This document shows, piece by piece, positions 1 through 11,700 of a DNA stretch of 32,000 bases. A model generated the notes under the pieces. The model was not told where the DNA came from, made no database searches, and saw nothing but the letters and a program-made list of their open reading frames with translations. Positions within the stretch are counted from its first letter, which is position 1, and every line of letters begins with the position of its first letter. A program made the translations under genes and the position numbers. Origin of the DNA: Demequinaceae bacterium (GTDB taxonomy: Bacteria > Actinomycetota > Actinomycetes > Actinomycetales > Demequinaceae); assembly GCA_965250005.1 (NCBI GenBank), contig OZ252279.1, forward strand, positions 330,001-362,000. Reading direction: 5' to 3'.

Positions 1-423
1 CACCTGTTCGCAAGCGATCTTGTCGCGGCTGTACTGCCAATGCGGGTTTTCGAGCGGTGTCACGCCCTCGCGCACCAGGTAGTGCTGCGGCGGCTTCTGA
101 TATGCGCTCGCGGACGAGATGAAGACGTACTGGTCGGTCAGCTCACGGAACGTCTCCATGTCCTCGGCAATGTGATCCGGGGTGTAGCCGATCCACTGCA
201 CCACAGCGTCGAATATCTCTCCTCTGAGCCGCCGACCGCGCAATGAGGCTCGCAAGCCATCGGGGTCTCGCGCATCGGCCCGAATGACGTGAGCGCCTTC
301 GGGAGGAAGCGCAACAGAAGATTCCCCGCGCGTAAGCACAGTGAGATCGTGCCCTCGCTCGACCGCCAGAGCCGATGACGCCGACGAGATCACGCCAGTC
401 CCACCAATGAAGAGAATCCGCAT
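1..423 (-). CDS. NAD-dependent epimerase/dehydratase (extended SDR family), first 141 codons only; the 3' end lies beyond the window edge
   Basis: Absent from the ORF track because it runs off the edge. I translated it by hand from the ATG at 423..421: MRILFIGGTGVISSASSALAVERGHDLTVLTRGESSVALPPEGAHVIRADARDPDGLRASL...VVQWIGYT. The frame stays open to position 1. The N-terminal GGTGxIS Rossmann motif is typical of SDR epimerases. Confidence 0.75.
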   Translation of the reverse strand, partial: MRILFIGGTGVISSASSALAVERGHDLTVLTRGESSVALPPEGAHVIRADARDPDGLRASLRGRRLRGEIFDAVVQWIGYTPDHIAEDMETFRELTDQYVFISSASAYQKPPQHYLVREGVTPLENPHWQYSRDKIACEQV

Positions 424-553
424 ACCGTCACCCTAGCCCCGCCGGGATTCATCGGCGGAACCGAGTCTGAGTTCCCTCCACCTTCGCGAAAGTGACTAAT
501 ATAACGGCGAGTTTGGTCGCCCCAAAGGGGGGTCACGCAAGTAGCGTAGGGGG

Positions 554-1399
554 ATGGCCGAAACGCATGTTGCGCTCCTGCGCAAGGAGATGAGTTCGGC
601 CCTACCCACTGACTGGCGAGACTCGGCGCCAGACGGCTACCCGCAGCAGATCGAGCTCGCATTAGTTGCTGCCGTCTTCCGCGGGGCTGACGAGCCCGAC
701 GTCGCGTTTCAGGTGACCGCCCGCTACATGCAGGCGAGGCCGGGAAAGAGACTGGACGATCTCTCCGAAATGGGCAGGATGACCACTGGAGCAATCGGAG
801 AGGCGGTCGGACCGCCGTTTGACGCGGCCTTGGCGATTGGGTCCAAGCGGCTGCGTGTGGATATTGCGGGGGACCTAGCGGCGTCACTATCCGCATTTGG
901 GGTGAAGTCCGCCCAGGACTTCCTGGCGGCGTCCCGCGAGCGCGGTCTGGCGCTCGAGAAAACCTGCACAGACGTCAGCCACTCCGGACCCAGCACGTAC
1001 TTACAGTTGGCCACGTTGTTGCGTGCCGAAGTGCGTCCGGCAGGCGAAGTCGCGAGTTGGGTGCGTGAGGCTGTACGTGAGCCAGAGATGTCCAGGAGCG
1101 CGGTGCGTACACTGCTCCGCGAGACCGCCGCCAAGTCGAGCATCGAGCCCTTTATGCTTCACTACGCAATACTGCGCATGCTCAACGAGCGCGCAGTTAT
1201 TGCAGAGTCCGCGGCGCTGGCGAGTGGCGACGTTGCCGCGAAGAAGCCCGCAGCGAAGAAGGCTCCCGCCAGGAAGTCCGCGGTGAAGAAGCCCGCAGCG
1301 AAGAAGGCTCCCGCCAGGAAGTCCGCGGTGAAGAAGCCCGCAGCGAAGAAGGCTCCCGCCAGGAAGTCCGCGGTGAAGAAGCCGTCCGCTACGAAGTAG
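554..1399 (+). CDS. Hypothetical protein: an unrecognised ~225-aa N-terminal domain plus a C-terminal Lys/Ala/Pro-rich histone-H1/HU-tail-like repeat, (KKPAAKKAPARKSAV)x3
   Basis: 281-aa ORF. No catalytic or family motif that I recognise. The C-terminus is encoded by perfect 45-bp repeats. A TAGCGT hexamer at 542-547 sits 6 nt before the ATG, which suggests a possible leaderless start. Uses some codons rare for this window (tta, cta, ata, aga). Confidence 0.7.
   Translation: MAETHVALLRKEMSSALPTDWRDSAPDGYPQQIELALVAAVFRGADEPDVAFQVTARYMQARPGKRLDDLSEMGRMTTGAIGEAVGPPFDAALAIGSKRLRVDIAGDLAASLSAFGVKSAQDFLAASRERGLALEKTCTDVSHSGPSTYLQLATLLRAEVRPAGEVASWVREAVREPEMSRSAVRTLLRETAAKSSIEPFMLHYAILRMLNERAVIAESAALASGDVAAKKPAAKKAPARKSAVKKPAAKKAPARKSAVKKPAAKKAPARKSAVKKPSATK
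1241..1384 (+). repeat. Three perfect 45-bp tandem repeats (1241-1285, 1286-1330, 1331-1375) plus a 9-bp partial fourth copy, in frame within the CDS
   Basis: The unit aagaagcccgcagcgaagaaggctcccgccaggaagtccgcggtg was read directly three times with no mismatch. Confidence 0.95.
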
Positions 1400-1913
1400 G
1401 GCGCGCCATCAGCGCCACGCGCACGGTTCCGTCTTTGGTGTCGTGCTCGCCGATGCGCCGGAAGCCCATGTGCTCGTGGAATGCCAGCGAACCTGGGTTT
1501 GGTGGTAACAAGTTCACCTCACACGTGATCTCGTTAGCGCCACGGTCGCGCGCACGCTGGAAGACCGATTCGTACAGCGCACGGCCGACGCCCGTCCCCT
1601 TGGCCTGTGCAGAGACGACAATCCGGTCGATGTACTGGTGTGCGACGCCGCGGGACTCGAACCAGGCATAGTTTTCGCTCGCGTACTTCTCGCCGGGGCC
1701 CAGGCTGAGCAGGAACGCGATGACGGTGCCTCCGGCATCACTTGCAACGAGCGCGACGTCGCACAATTTGTGGACTTCGGCCAGCTCGTTTTCTGCCAGT
1801 GCGTTGACGTGAGGTACGGCCGCCGAGTTGAGGATTGCGACGGCGGGCAGGTCGGCGTCGCGCATTACGCGAAGCCGAAAGTTCTGCATGGGTCTATTGT
1901 GGCGGTTTTCCAC
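1389..1913 (-). CDS. GNAT family N-acetyltransferase (COG3818-like, substrate unknown)
   Basis: The 174-aa ORF contains an acetyl-CoA-binding segment (IDRIVVSAQAKGTGVGRALY) and the EVNLLPPNPGSLAFHEHMGF motif characteristic of this small GNAT subgroup. The start is either GTG 1913 or ATG 1889. The 3' end overlaps the convergent CDS 554-1399 by 11 bp. Confidence 0.85.
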   Translation of the reverse strand: MENRHNRPMQNFRLRVMRDADLPAVAILNSAAVPHVNALAENELAEVHKLCDVALVASDAGGTVIAFLLSLGPGEKYASENYAWFESRGVAHQYIDRIVVSAQAKGTGVGRALYESVFQRARDRGANEITCEVNLLPPNPGSLAFHEHMGFRRIGEHDTKDGTVRVALMARPTS

Positions 1914-2029
1914 CGTTTGCGCCGCATATAGCGTGACGTGAGCCGAGCGAAATCTTGACGGACGCTGCTGGCGCGATCAGTGCGTGGACGTGCAGGCGGA
2001 CAGGGACAGGCCCGCGTTAGCCGCGATTG

Positions 2030-2635
2030 CTAGCCTGCGTCCGTGCCAGGAGCAAGATCAGCGCCGGAGTTGTCAATGCCGCAGCGATCAGCGGAGTACC
2101 TGGCGAGGTCAGAGCCGGATTCCGAAGCGCTTTGCAACAACACGAGGGTGTCCGGATCGGAGGTGATCGCGGCCAAACGCTCGCCGTAGTCTGCGAACGA
2201 CGTCGCCTCCGCAGCCGCCTGCCCCATCTTCAGCGTGACCTTCTCCGTGAAGTCCACGAAGAACTGGAGCCACGCCTTGGCCTCGTCATCGTCCGCAGCC
2301 GTCATGGCGTCGAAGTAGGCGGCGCCCTGGTGGGCGGCGTGGTCTGCGAGTGCGCGGCCGGCATCGTTCAGCGCGGTCATATCGCCCGAGGCGAAGAGCT
2401 CAGGATCGGCGAGAGCCGTGTTGAGCGCCTCCGTGGTGGTCTGGGTGTCCTCGGCATTGGTGAACGCCTCGTACATTGCGACGCAGAACTCGTCGTCGGT
2501 GTTGAGCGTGCCGCCGCCGGAACCCGGGTTGGAATTGGCGGTGGGAGTTGAGCTGGGAGTCGCTTCGACGTCGGCAGCGGGGCTGCACGCGGCAAGCGCC
2601 AGCGCAGCAATTGTCACAAGCACGAGGTTCTTCAT
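2030..2635 (-). CDS. Secreted acidic lipoprotein of unknown function (called LpA here)
   Basis: The track ORF 2030..3139 is over-extended. The internal ATG at 2635 gives [18 protein letters not shown], a signal peptide with the lipobox L-A-A-C, and AGGA lies about 9 nt upstream. The mature part is Asp/Glu/Ala-rich with two further Cys residues (FCVAMY near the N-terminus, ADRCG near the C-terminus). Confidence 0.8.
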   Translation of the reverse strand: MKNLVLVTIAALALAACSPAADVEATPSSTPTANSNPGSGGGTLNTDDEFCVAMYEAFTNAEDTQTTTEALNTALADPELFASGDMTALNDAGRALADHAAHQGAAYFDAMTAADDDEAKAWLQFFVDFTEKVTLKMGQAAAEATSFADYGERLAAITSDPDTLVLLQSASESGSDLARYSADRCGIDNSGADLAPGTDAG

Positions 2636-2679
2636 ACGGCCATCCTGCGCTGGACTCTCGGGGGACGCAAGTTGCGAGG

Positions 2680-2717
2680 GCTGTACATTCATGCAGAAGA
2701 CCGTATAGTTATGCACA
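2680..2717 (+). promoter_or_regulatory. Putative argC promoter (-10 TATAGT at 2704-2709) overlapped by two tandem 18-bp ARG-box-like ArgR sites (2680-2697 and 2700-2717)
   Basis: The cores TGTAC-ATTC-ATGCA (2682-2695) and CGTAT-AGTT-ATGCA (2702-2715) are 20 bp apart. The right half-sites match the actinobacterial TGCAT-N4-ATGCA pattern exactly, while the left halves match 3 of 5 positions. TATAGT ends 7 nt before A2717 of the argC ATG. An argR gene lies in the same operon. Confidence 0.35.
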
Positions 2718-3760
2718 TGACCATCACGGTGGCGGTGTCCGGCGCATCTGGATATGTAGGTGGAGAAGTGCTGCGCGTGTTTGGCGACCACCCCGACGTG
2801 GAGTTTGGCGCGTTGACCGCGCACACCACCGCCGGGGACAAGTTGGGCGCGCACCAACCGCACCTGAGGGCCCTCGCCGATCGGAGCATCGTCAACACGA
2901 CGGTCGAGAATCTCGCGGGACACGATGTTGTTGTGCTCGCGCTCCCACACGGCGCGTCGGCTAAAGTCGCCGCGATGCTGCCCCCCGAAACCCTCGTGAT
3001 TGACTGTGGCGCGGACCACCGGCTGGCCAGCGCCGAGGCATGGGCGGAGTTCTACGGCGGCGCGCACGCCGGGACCTGGCCGTACGGGATGCCCGAGCTC
3101 ATTACGCCTGCGGGAACGCAGCGCGATGCCCTCGCCCAAACCCGGCGGATCGCCGTCCCCGGATGCAATGTCACTGCCGTCACGCTGGGGCTCCAGCCGG
3201 GGGTCGCCGCGGGAATCGTCGAGTCAGCTGATGTGGTCGCGGTGCTCGCGGTTGGCTACTCGGGGGCGGGCAAGAAGCTCGCAACACACCTGCTGGCGTC
3301 CGAGGGCATAGGCTCCGCCAGCGCCTACTCCGTGGCAGGCGTGCACCGGCACATCCCTGAGATCATTCAGAACCTAGAGTCGGCGGGTGCGCCCGAGGTC
3401 AAACTCAGCTTCACACCCGTGCTGGTGCCGATGGCGCGGGGAATCCACGCGACCATCACGGCCCCGCTCGTGCCGGGAACAACCGCCGCGCAGGTGCGCG
3501 CCGCCTGGCAGGACGCGTACGCACACGAACCGTTCGTTCACCTGCTGCCCGAGGGGCAGTGGCCCACCACAGCAGCCGTGCTAGGCGCCAACACCGCGCT
3601 CATACAGGTGGCCTTCGACGCCAAGGCGGGCAAAGTGGTCGCCATCTGCGCGATCGACAACCTGGTCAAGGGCACCGCAGGCGCTGCGCTCCAATCGATG
3701 AACGTGGCACTTGGGCTTCCCGAAACCACTGGCCTCAACACGAACGGAGTAGCACCGTGA
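2717..3760 (+). CDS. argC: N-acetyl-gamma-glutamyl-phosphate reductase
   Basis: [22 protein letters not shown] (NAD-binding GxSGYxG) and the overall ArgC-like sequence. First gene of the arg cluster. The start is ATG 2717 (or 2711); the track start at 2672 adds an unlikely N-terminal extension. Confidence 0.95.
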   Translation: MTITVAVSGASGYVGGEVLRVFGDHPDVEFGALTAHTTAGDKLGAHQPHLRALADRSIVNTTVENLAGHDVVVLALPHGASAKVAAMLPPETLVIDCGADHRLASAEAWAEFYGGAHAGTWPYGMPELITPAGTQRDALAQTRRIAVPGCNVTAVTLGLQPGVAAGIVESADVVAVLAVGYSGAGKKLATHLLASEGIGSASAYSVAGVHRHIPEIIQNLESAGAPEVKLSFTPVLVPMARGIHATITAPLVPGTTAAQVRAAWQDAYAHEPFVHLLPEGQWPTTAAVLGANTALIQVAFDAKAGKVVAICAIDNLVKGTAGAALQSMNVALGLPETTGLNTNGVAP

Positions 3761-4938
3761 CCGTCACCACCCCCCAGGGCTTCCGGGCATCCGGCGTGGC
3801 CGCGGGACTCAAGTCCACCGGCGACAAAGACGTTGCGCTGATCGTCAGCGACGGGCCGCTCCATGTCGGTGTGGGAGTGTTCACCACCAACCGCGTGGTC
3901 GCCGCACCCGTGGTGTGGTCACGGCAAGTGCTGCACGACGGCCGGGTTGACGCCGTGGTGCTCAACTCTGGCGGGGCGAACGCGTGCACCGGCCCTGACG
4001 GCTTCGAGGACACCCACACGACAGCAGAGAAGACGGCGGAGTCCCTCTACAACGCGGGGGCAGACGTGAGCGCCACCGACGTCGCTGTTTGCTCGACCGG
4101 GCTCATTGGCGTCCGGCTCGCCATGGACAAACTCATCCCCGGCGTGGACGCGGCCGTAGGCGCTCTCGACTCCAACGGCGGCATGGACGCCGCGCGGGCC
4201 ATCATGACCACGGACACTGTCGCCAAGACCGTCGCCGTCGACGGCGACGGCGACGGCTGGAGCATCGGCGGGATTGCGAAGGGCGCGGGCATGTTCGCGC
4301 CGGCGCTCGCAACCATGCTGGTGGTGCTCACCACGGACGCCGTGCTCACGGCTGTACAGGCGAAGGCCTACCTCGCGGAGGCGACCAGGCTCACGTTTGA
4401 TCGTGCCGACTCGGACGGCTGTATCTCCACCAATGACACGGTGCTGCTGCTCGCCTCCGGCGCGTCCGGCGTGACGCCCGAAGGCGCGGCGTTCGAGTCT
4501 GCCATGACTGACGCGTGTTCCCAGCTCACGCGGGCGCTGATCGCCGACTGCGAGGGCGCAAGCCACGATGTTGAAGTCACGGTGATCAACGCGACAACGG
4601 AGGATGCGGCGCTCGCGGTCGCGCGTGAGATCGCCCGGTCGAACCTGCTCAAGGCCGCAATTTTTGGCAACGACCCCAACTGGGGCAGGGTGATCGCCGC
4701 AGCCGGGGCCGTCTCGGCCGACGTCGCGCCATTCGACGCCAACCTCCTCGACGTCACCATGAATGGCATTCAGGTGTGCCGGGCCTCGGGAGTTGGTGAG
4801 GCCCGCGAGCTCGTTGACCTCACGGGCCGGGAAGTGAGCATCGTGCTCGACCTACACGCGGGCGAACAGCAGGCCACCATTTGGACCAACGACCTTACCC
4901 ACGACTACGTCCACGAGAACAGCGCGTACTCCTCATGA
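3757..4938 (+). CDS. argJ: Bifunctional glutamate N-acetyltransferase / amino-acid acetyltransferase (ornithine acetyltransferase)
   Basis: [19 protein letters not shown] at the N-terminus and the self-cleavage motif [14 protein letters not shown]. The GTG start at 3757 overlaps the argC TGA (GTGA). The track ORF start at 3559 lies inside argC. Confidence 0.95.
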   Translation: MTVTTPQGFRASGVAAGLKSTGDKDVALIVSDGPLHVGVGVFTTNRVVAAPVVWSRQVLHDGRVDAVVLNSGGANACTGPDGFEDTHTTAEKTAESLYNAGADVSATDVAVCSTGLIGVRLAMDKLIPGVDAAVGALDSNGGMDAARAIMTTDTVAKTVAVDGDGDGWSIGGIAKGAGMFAPALATMLVVLTTDAVLTAVQAKAYLAEATRLTFDRADSDGCISTNDTVLLLASGASGVTPEGAAFESAMTDACSQLTRALIADCEGASHDVEVTVINATTEDAALAVAREIARSNLLKAAIFGNDPNWGRVIAAAGAVSADVAPFDANLLDVTMNGIQVCRASGVGEARELVDLTGREVSIVLDLHAGEQQATIWTNDLTHDYVHENSAYSS

Positions 4939-5852
4939 ATAAAAAGATCGAGACACCAGACCTCACTCCCCGCCAGAAGGTGGGGGTCCTGATTGACGCG
5001 ATGCCCTGGATCGAGGAGTTCAAGGGTGCCGTCGTGGTCATCAAGTACGGCGGCAACGCCATGGTCGACAACGACCTCAAGAGGGCGTTCGCCCAGGACA
5101 TCGTGCACCTGAAACTGCTGGGGATTCACCCGGTCGTGGTGCACGGTGGCGGCCCGCAAATCTCAGAGATGCTGGCTAAGCTCGGCATCGATAGCGAATT
5201 CAAGGGTGGGCTGCGGGTCACTACGCCCGAGGCGATGGACGTGGTCAGGATGGTGCTGACCGGCAAGGTGTCGCAAGAGCTCGTGGGGTTGCTCAACGAG
5301 CACGGCCCCTACGCCGTGGGGCTGTCAGGCGAGAGCGCCGGGCTGCTCCAGGCTGAACGCAGGCATGCGGACGTGGACGGCAAGCAGGTGGACGTTGGCC
5401 TTGTGGGCGACGTGGTGAAGGTGAACCCCGAAGCCATCACGGACCTTATCGAAGCCGGCCGGATCCCCGTGATCAGCACCGTCGCGCCGGACATGAGCGA
5501 CCCGACAGTGGTGCTCAACGTGAATTCAGACACGGCTGCGGGCGCGGTCGCGGCGGCGCTGCGGGCCCGGAAACTCATCATCCTCACGGACGTCGACGGC
5601 CTCTATCGGGATTGGCCTGACAAGAGCAGCGTGGTGCGCAGGATCCACGCGACGGAGCTCGCCAACCTGCTTCCGAAGCTCGAGTCCGGCATGGTCCCCA
5701 AGATGGAGGCGTGCCTCAGGGCGGTCATGACGGGAGTGCCGCAGGCGCACGTCATTGACGGCCGCCAGCCGCACTCGATTCTCACCGAAATCTTCACCTC
5801 CGACGGCATCGGAACAATGGTGCGTCCCGACGACGTGGACCTGTGGGCATGA
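4935..5852 (+). CDS. argB: Acetylglutamate kinase
   Basis: [20 protein letters not shown] and [12 protein letters not shown] motifs of the amino-acid kinase family. The ATG at 4935 overlaps the argJ TGA (ATGA). Confidence 0.96.
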   Translation: MNKKIETPDLTPRQKVGVLIDAMPWIEEFKGAVVVIKYGGNAMVDNDLKRAFAQDIVHLKLLGIHPVVVHGGGPQISEMLAKLGIDSEFKGGLRVTTPEAMDVVRMVLTGKVSQELVGLLNEHGPYAVGLSGESAGLLQAERRHADVDGKQVDVGLVGDVVKVNPEAITDLIEAGRIPVISTVAPDMSDPTVVLNVNSDTAAGAVAAALRARKLIILTDVDGLYRDWPDKSSVVRRIHATELANLLPKLESGMVPKMEACLRAVMTGVPQAHVIDGRQPHSILTEIFTSDGIGTMVRPDDVDLWA

Positions 5853-7072
5853 GCGCCCCAGTAGAGGGCACCTCCGGGCTACTCCGGTACAACGACGCGC
5901 TCATGGGCACGTACGGCGAGCCGATGCGGGTGCTCGATCACGGACAAGGTAACTACGTCTGGGACACCGATGGCCGCAAATACCTCGACCTGCTTGGCGG
6001 GATCGCGGTCAACGCACTGGGCCACGCGCACCCCGCGTGGGTGGAGGCGATCTCTTCGCAGGCTGCCACACTGGCGCACGCCTCCAACTTCTTCGCCTCC
6101 GAACCTCAGATAGCGCTCGCGGAGAAACTGCTCGGTATCGCCGCGGCGCCCCCAGGCTCACGCGTATTCTTCTGCAACTCGGGCACGGAGGCCAATGAGG
6201 CCGCGTTCAAGATGGCGCGGAAGACTGGCCGGACCACCATGGTCGCGCTCGAGAATTCCTTTCACGGGCGCTCGATGGGCGCGCTCGCGCTTACCTACAA
6301 GGCCGCCGCGCGCGAACCCTTCGCACCGCTGCCCGGAGACGTCACGTTTGTCCCGATGGGAGACATCGTCGCACTCGAGGCCGCGATGGGCCCCGACGTA
6401 GGCGGGCTGATCCTCGAGCCCATCCAGGGTGAATCCGGTGTGCGGCCGCTACCGCCGGGCTATTTGGCCAGAGCCCGCGAACTGTGCGACGAGCACGGTG
6501 CGCTGCTCATTCTCGACGAGGTTCAGACCGGCATCGCGCGGACCGGCGCCTGGTTCGCGCACCAGCTCGAGGGCGTCGCGCCCGACGTCATGACGCTCGC
6601 GAAGGGGCTCGGCGGGGGATTCCCCATCGGCGCCGTCGTGGCGTTCGGATCGAATGCAGGTGGACTGCTCGTCAAGGGCGACCACGGCACCACGTTCGGG
6701 GGCAATCCGCTCGCTTGCGCGGTCGCGCTCGCCACGCTCAACACCATCGAATCTGAGGGCCTGTTGCAGCACGTCAAGGCAGTAGGCGAGCACATATGCG
6801 CGGACGTCGAGGCACTGCCGGGAGTGACAGAGGTCAGGGGCGCGGGCATGCTGCTGGGCATCGGCCTCAGCGCACCCATCGCGGCCGACGTGGTTTCCGC
6901 CGCACTCGACGCGGGATTCATTGTGAACTCGCCGGCGCCCGACACCGTCCGGCTCATCCCAGCGCTCACGCTGACCGCGGACGAGGCCGACACGTTCATC
7001 GCGTGGCTGAGCGACTACCTCGGCAAGCACCTCGCACAGAGCCAGAGCCAGAAAACGGAGGCAGCATCATGA
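5849..7072 (+). CDS. argD: Acetylornithine aminotransferase (class III PLP aminotransferase)
   Basis: [28 protein letters not shown] and [13 protein letters not shown] (PLP-binding lysine context). The ATG at 5849 overlaps the argB TGA (ATGA); an alternative GTG lies at 5843. Confidence 0.95.
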   Translation: MSAPVEGTSGLLRYNDALMGTYGEPMRVLDHGQGNYVWDTDGRKYLDLLGGIAVNALGHAHPAWVEAISSQAATLAHASNFFASEPQIALAEKLLGIAAAPPGSRVFFCNSGTEANEAAFKMARKTGRTTMVALENSFHGRSMGALALTYKAAAREPFAPLPGDVTFVPMGDIVALEAAMGPDVGGLILEPIQGESGVRPLPPGYLARARELCDEHGALLILDEVQTGIARTGAWFAHQLEGVAPDVMTLAKGLGGGFPIGAVVAFGSNAGGLLVKGDHGTTFGGNPLACAVALATLNTIESEGLLQHVKAVGEHICADVEALPGVTEVRGAGMLLGIGLSAPIAADVVSAALDAGFIVNSPAPDTVRLIPALTLTADEADTFIAWLSDYLGKHLAQSQSQKTEAAS

Positions 7073-7998
7073 CCCGTCACTTCCTGAGGGACGACGACCT
7101 CTCTCCCAAGGAGCAGCGAGCCGTCCTGAAGCTCGCGCTCCAGTTCAAACGCGACAGGTTCCACTCGCAGCCGTTCGTAGGCCCGCAGGCCGTAGCGGTG
7201 CTGTTCGATAAGCCGTCGACGCGCACTCGGGTCTCATTTGCGGCGGGAATCGCCGAGCTTGGGGGACACCCCCTGATGATCGACGCGGGCTCCTCACAAA
7301 TGGGGCGCGGCGAGTCCATCTCAGACACCGCGCGCGTTTTCGAGCGTCAAGTCAGTGCCATCGTGTGGAGGACGTTCGAGCAGGCGCGCATCGAGGAGAT
7401 GGCTGAGAACTCCAGCGTCCCCGTCATCAACGCGCTCACCAACGAGTTTCACCCGTGTCAGGTGCTCGCGGACCTAGCTGCGGTCGCCTTCACGCGCGGC
7501 GGCGTCGAGAAGCTCAAGGGTCTCACGCTGTCCTACCTTGGCGACGGCGCAAACAACATGGCGCACTCGTACCTGCTTGGCGGCGCGACTGCTGGCATGC
7601 ACGTGCGGATCGGCACGCCTCCCGAGCGGTTACCCACGCCCACGTTCGTGGAGGAGGCAAGCGCGATCGCCCAGGAAACGGGTGGGTCTGTCGCCATCAT
7701 GCATGGCCACGACGAGGCGGCAACGGGAGCAGACGTCATCGCCACGGACACGTGGGTGTCGATGGGCGATGAGGACACAGCCGCGGCCAGTACCGAGTTT
7801 TTCGAGCCGTTCCAGGTGAGCGCCCTCACGCTGGGTCTCGCCAATTCCGACGCGCAAGTGCTGCACTGCCTGCCCGCGTATCGGGGCAAGGAGATCACGG
7901 CAGACGTGATGGACGGCCCACAGAGCATCGTCTGGGACGAAGCCGAATTCCGGCTTCACGCCCAGAAGGCGCTCCTGAGCTGGCTGGTGAACAAGTGA
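7069..7998 (+). CDS. argF: Ornithine carbamoyltransferase
   Basis: [10 protein letters not shown] (carbamoyl-phosphate site), [10 protein letters not shown] and [10 protein letters not shown] motifs. The ATG at 7069 overlaps the argD TGA (ATGA). The track ORF start at 6796 lies inside argD. Confidence 0.96.
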   Translation: MTRHFLRDDDLSPKEQRAVLKLALQFKRDRFHSQPFVGPQAVAVLFDKPSTRTRVSFAAGIAELGGHPLMIDAGSSQMGRGESISDTARVFERQVSAIVWRTFEQARIEEMAENSSVPVINALTNEFHPCQVLADLAAVAFTRGGVEKLKGLTLSYLGDGANNMAHSYLLGGATAGMHVRIGTPPERLPTPTFVEEASAIAQETGGSVAIMHGHDEAATGADVIATDTWVSMGDEDTAAASTEFFEPFQVSALTLGLANSDAQVLHCLPAYRGKEITADVMDGPQSIVWDEAEFRLHAQKALLSWLVNK

Positions 7999-8516
7999 CC
8001 GCCCAGACCTCCGGACCGGATTCCGCGCCCACGCAGAGCGTCCCCGCGACCAAAGCCGCGCGCCAGGCGCTCATCTGCCGCATCCTCGAATCGACCAACG
8101 TGCACTCGCAGGGGGAGCTCGCGCTGGAACTCGACGCGCAAGGACTCACGGTTACTCAGGCGACGCTGTCCCGCGACCTTGTGGACGTGGGTGCCGTCAA
8201 GGTGCGCAAGGCCGACGGCGCGCTCGCCTATGCACCCGCAGACTCGATCGAGGCGCACGAGGACACCGAAGACCGGCTAGCCCGGCTTTGCGTCGAGCTC
8301 CTCCACACGGCTGACGGCTCCGCGAACCTCGCAGTGTTGCGCACTCCATCGGGGGCGGCGCAGTATCTCGCCAGCGCGATCGACGGTCACGAGGACGCTG
8401 ACGTGGTCGGATGCGTCGCTGGCGACGACACCATCATGGTCATCACCCGTGCGCCCGACGGTGGGATGGCACTTGCCCAGAAGTTCCTGGACCGCGCGAC
8501 CGGCCCACGTCGCTGA
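7995..8516 (+). CDS. argR: Arginine repressor
   Basis: Winged-helix N-terminal region ([24 protein letters not shown]) and a C-terminal oligomerisation/arginine-binding region containing GDDTIMVI. The GTG start overlaps the argF TGA (GTGA). Confidence 0.93.
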   Translation: MTAQTSGPDSAPTQSVPATKAARQALICRILESTNVHSQGELALELDAQGLTVTQATLSRDLVDVGAVKVRKADGALAYAPADSIEAHEDTEDRLARLCVELLHTADGSANLAVLRTPSGAAQYLASAIDGHEDADVVGCVAGDDTIMVITRAPDGGMALAQKFLDRATGPRR

Positions 8517-8583
8517 ATCACCCCACTACGGCATCGTCTCTACGAGACCTTAAGTCTCTATGGAATTGGAAAGAAGAAAGAAC

Positions 8584-11294
<2,711 letters not shown>

Positions 11295-11345
11295 GCACAC
11301 CGGCGGCCGTGGGCGGGTTCGCCCGAGCATCTGCGGCGTGAAATC

Positions 11346-11379
11346 GAACGGCCGGACCCCGTGAGGAGCCCGGCCGTTC
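11346..11379. terminator. Putative bidirectional stem-loop terminator between the convergent argH and the small membrane-protein gene
   Basis: Perfect 10-bp inverted repeat, GAACGGCCGG (11346-11355) and CCGGCCGTTC (11370-11379), with a 14-nt loop. It lies 52 nt after the argH stop and 13 nt after the minus-strand stop at 11392. There is no strong U-tract. Confidence 0.55.
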
Positions 11380-11391
11380 GCTCGCTTGCGG

Positions 11392-11700
11392 CTACTTCTT
11401 CTTGGGTTTCGCCGTTGACTTCTTGGCGACTGCCTTCTTGGCCGCGGGCTCTGCGCCAGCATCGGCCTTCTTGACGCGGCTGGCCACTAGCAGGGAAACG
11501 AGCACGACCACGCCTATGCCCAGAATCAGGCTGAAGGTGGAATCGATGCGGTCCCAAGCGGTGACGTCGAAGCCATATGAAATGACATCCCAGGTGCGCA
11601 GCAGGCTGATGAGCAGGGTTATGCCCGCGGATCCGAGGACGGCCCACAGCGTGTACTTGCGGATGCGTTCCAGCAGAGTAAATTCGGTCAAGTTCCTCAC
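11392..11700 (-). CDS. Small two-TM membrane protein with a Lys/Ala-rich C-terminal tail (called MemB here), paralog of the upstream gene
   Basis: Two hydrophobic helices (YTLWAVLGSAGITLLISLL and FSLILGIGVVVLVSLLVA), then RVKKADAGAEPAAKKAVAKKSTAKPKKK. The GTG at 11700 directly abuts the upstream TAG. An alternative TTG at 11691, preceded by GAGGA, aligns exactly with the paralog N-terminus. Confidence 0.6.
   Translation of the reverse strand: MRNLTEFTLLERIRKYTLWAVLGSAGITLLISLLRTWDVISYGFDVTAWDRIDSTFSLILGIGVVVLVSLLVASRVKKADAGAEPAAKKAVAKKSTAKPKKK

Noticed and set aside
40-246. 68-aa plus-strand ORF at the window start
   Set aside because: It is antisense to the well-supported SDR epimerase frame, which is open from 423 to 1.
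1241-1384. Considered whether the 45-bp repeats could be a CRISPR-like or other non-coding array
   Set aside because: The units are directly adjacent with no spacers, are a multiple of 3 nt long, and read through in frame as a Lys/Ala/Pro tail. This is a coding tandem repeat.
2636-3139. N-terminal 168 codons of the track ORF 2030..3139 (-)
   Set aside because: This part is antisense to argC and crosses the promoter region. The internal ATG at 2635 gives a canonical lipoprotein signal peptide, so the real gene is 2030-2635.
6796-7068. Upstream extensions of track ORFs. Examples: argF from 6796, argJ from 3559, argB from 4881, tyrS from 13321, the mctB-like gene from 27453, the kinase from 12770
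   Set aside because: Each extension lies out of frame inside the preceding gene and encodes Arg/Gly/Pro-rich junk. In every case a start codon overlapping or abutting the upstream stop yields the conserved N-terminus.
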